Below are positions 58,178 to 64,000 of a stretch of 64,000 nucleotides of DNA, piece after piece. Source of the stretch: Amoebidium appalachense (lineage: Eukaryota > Protista > Ichthyosporea); contig CAVNZM010000002.1 in the NCBI GenBank assembly GCA_963693365.1, positions 16,339,615 through 16,403,614 of the forward strand. Reading direction: 5' to 3'. Below the pieces are notes generated by a model. It was given only the letters and a program-made list of their open reading frames with translations, did not search any database and was not told where the DNA came from. The position numbers and the translations under genes are program-made. Position 1 is the stretch's first letter. Every line of letters begins with the position of its first letter.

Positions 58178-58924
58178 GTTGGTCGTTTTGCGCAAAAATG
58201 ACAAAAAAAAATGAGAGAAGAGACGTAGTAGAGAGGGTAACTGGCCTGAAAAGTTGCTTTTATACGTTTTACAACTGCATAAAGAGACTGAGTGAGTGTG
58301 TGCGCACAGAGAAAGTTTGGTTCGCGGAATCGCGGTTCGGTTTGTTTGTTTTCTTGGACATTTGTGCAATAGCCTTTTCTGGAAATTTTGTTCTGGTGCA
58401 ATAACCTTTTCTGGAAATTTTGTCCTCTAAATTATCCAATCAGGTTGCTGCTTCGCACATTCCGATACTGGCCTAGCTAGTTTCATTCTCAAGGTCGATG
58501 ACGTCAACAAGAAGCACATACAACTCATAATTTCCCAAAAAACATGCGTTTAGGTTGACCCAATGTAGACTTAGAGGGTCGCTCTGTGGCCGTGTGCGGA
58601 CGACGTTCACTGACTGGATGGGGTGTCTGGCTGGCTTGATAGTTCTTGTGTTACCTAGGCCTACGGGCTTGCAAACGTCCTCTGGTTTTTGCATATGCAT
58701 AGAATAGTAATAGGCGCTGCCTCTTCCCTTTAAACCACAACTGCTCTACAGCTTCCAAGACCGTCATAGAGCCTGCTTACCACCTTCGATCTCATCATTA
58801 CCTCGCTCTGTGCCACCCAAAACTGCACAACACCTTCTCACAGCGTATGTTCTCTCCCTACCCACTGTCCAGCAAACCATGATAGCACAACCCGCTGGGC
58901 TCTAAGACTCTTCAAGACTCTACC
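58178..58924. promoter_or_regulatory. Divergent intergenic region between AKR and PDK (candidate bidirectional promoter)
   Basis: Head-to-head ATGs separated by 747 bp; free of microsatellites; contains CCAATCA (~58436) and a duplicated 28-mer (58364-58391, 58396-58423). Confidence 0.55.
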
Positions 58925-63738
<4,814 letters not shown>

Positions 63739-63751
63739 GTGCCCATATTAG

Positions 63752-63792
<41 letters not shown>

Positions 63793-63808
63793 ATCCCCCT
63801 CCTCGTCT

Positions 63809-63918
63809 CCCCTGAGGATGGGCTCTGCTTATTATGCATACTCTTTATGTGTGGTTTGCCTCTGCATTGTGTTATCCGTTGTTCATGTGTATGTACTTGG
63901 TACTTTATAACGCATTGA
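63809..63918 (+). repeat. Dispersed intronic repeat, copy 4 (5'-truncated)
   Basis: CCCCTGAGGATGGGCTCTGCTTATTATGCATACTCTTTATG..CGCATTGA in PDK intron 4. Confidence 0.88.
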
Positions 63919-64000
63919 CCCCCCAATGGGGGGGGGCCCTCCCGTTGCAGCTTGTTGGGGGTTGATCGGTCGTTTGCTCCAAGATTGGTCTCATAATATC

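Overview
Eukaryotic genomic DNA with spliceosomal introns full of poly-C/poly-G tracts and (CA)n, (GT)n, (GA)n and (GCGT)n microsatellites. The animal-like PDK motifs suggest a unicellular holozoan or other opisthokont (inference only). Most ORFs in the supplied track are microsatellite artefacts, so genes were spliced by hand. In order: (1) the 3' part of a Lys/Pro-rich nuclear protein with an acidic tract and a terminal C2H2 finger (HD2/HD-tuin-like tail). (2) A 22-exon, ~846-aa bacterial-type RecD2 helicase whose first exon looks like a mitochondrial targeting peptide; this is the strongest novelty. (3) A piggyBac-like MITE and a degenerate tRNA/SINE head. (4) A tandemly duplicated, intronless two-gene module: a claudin/PMP22-like 4-TM protein plus a convergent secreted Cys-containing protein. 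One TM copy is frameshifted, and one secreted-gene upstream region carries a hAT-type MITE and an inversion bounded by the palindrome CTTGCAAG. (5) A decayed LINE RT fragment. (6) A 5-exon AKR13-like aldo-keto reductase head-to-head with a pyruvate dehydrogenase kinase (partial). A ~170-nt dispersed repeat occurs four times, always in an intron and always in the sense orientation. No database searches were run; family calls rest on recognised motifs.
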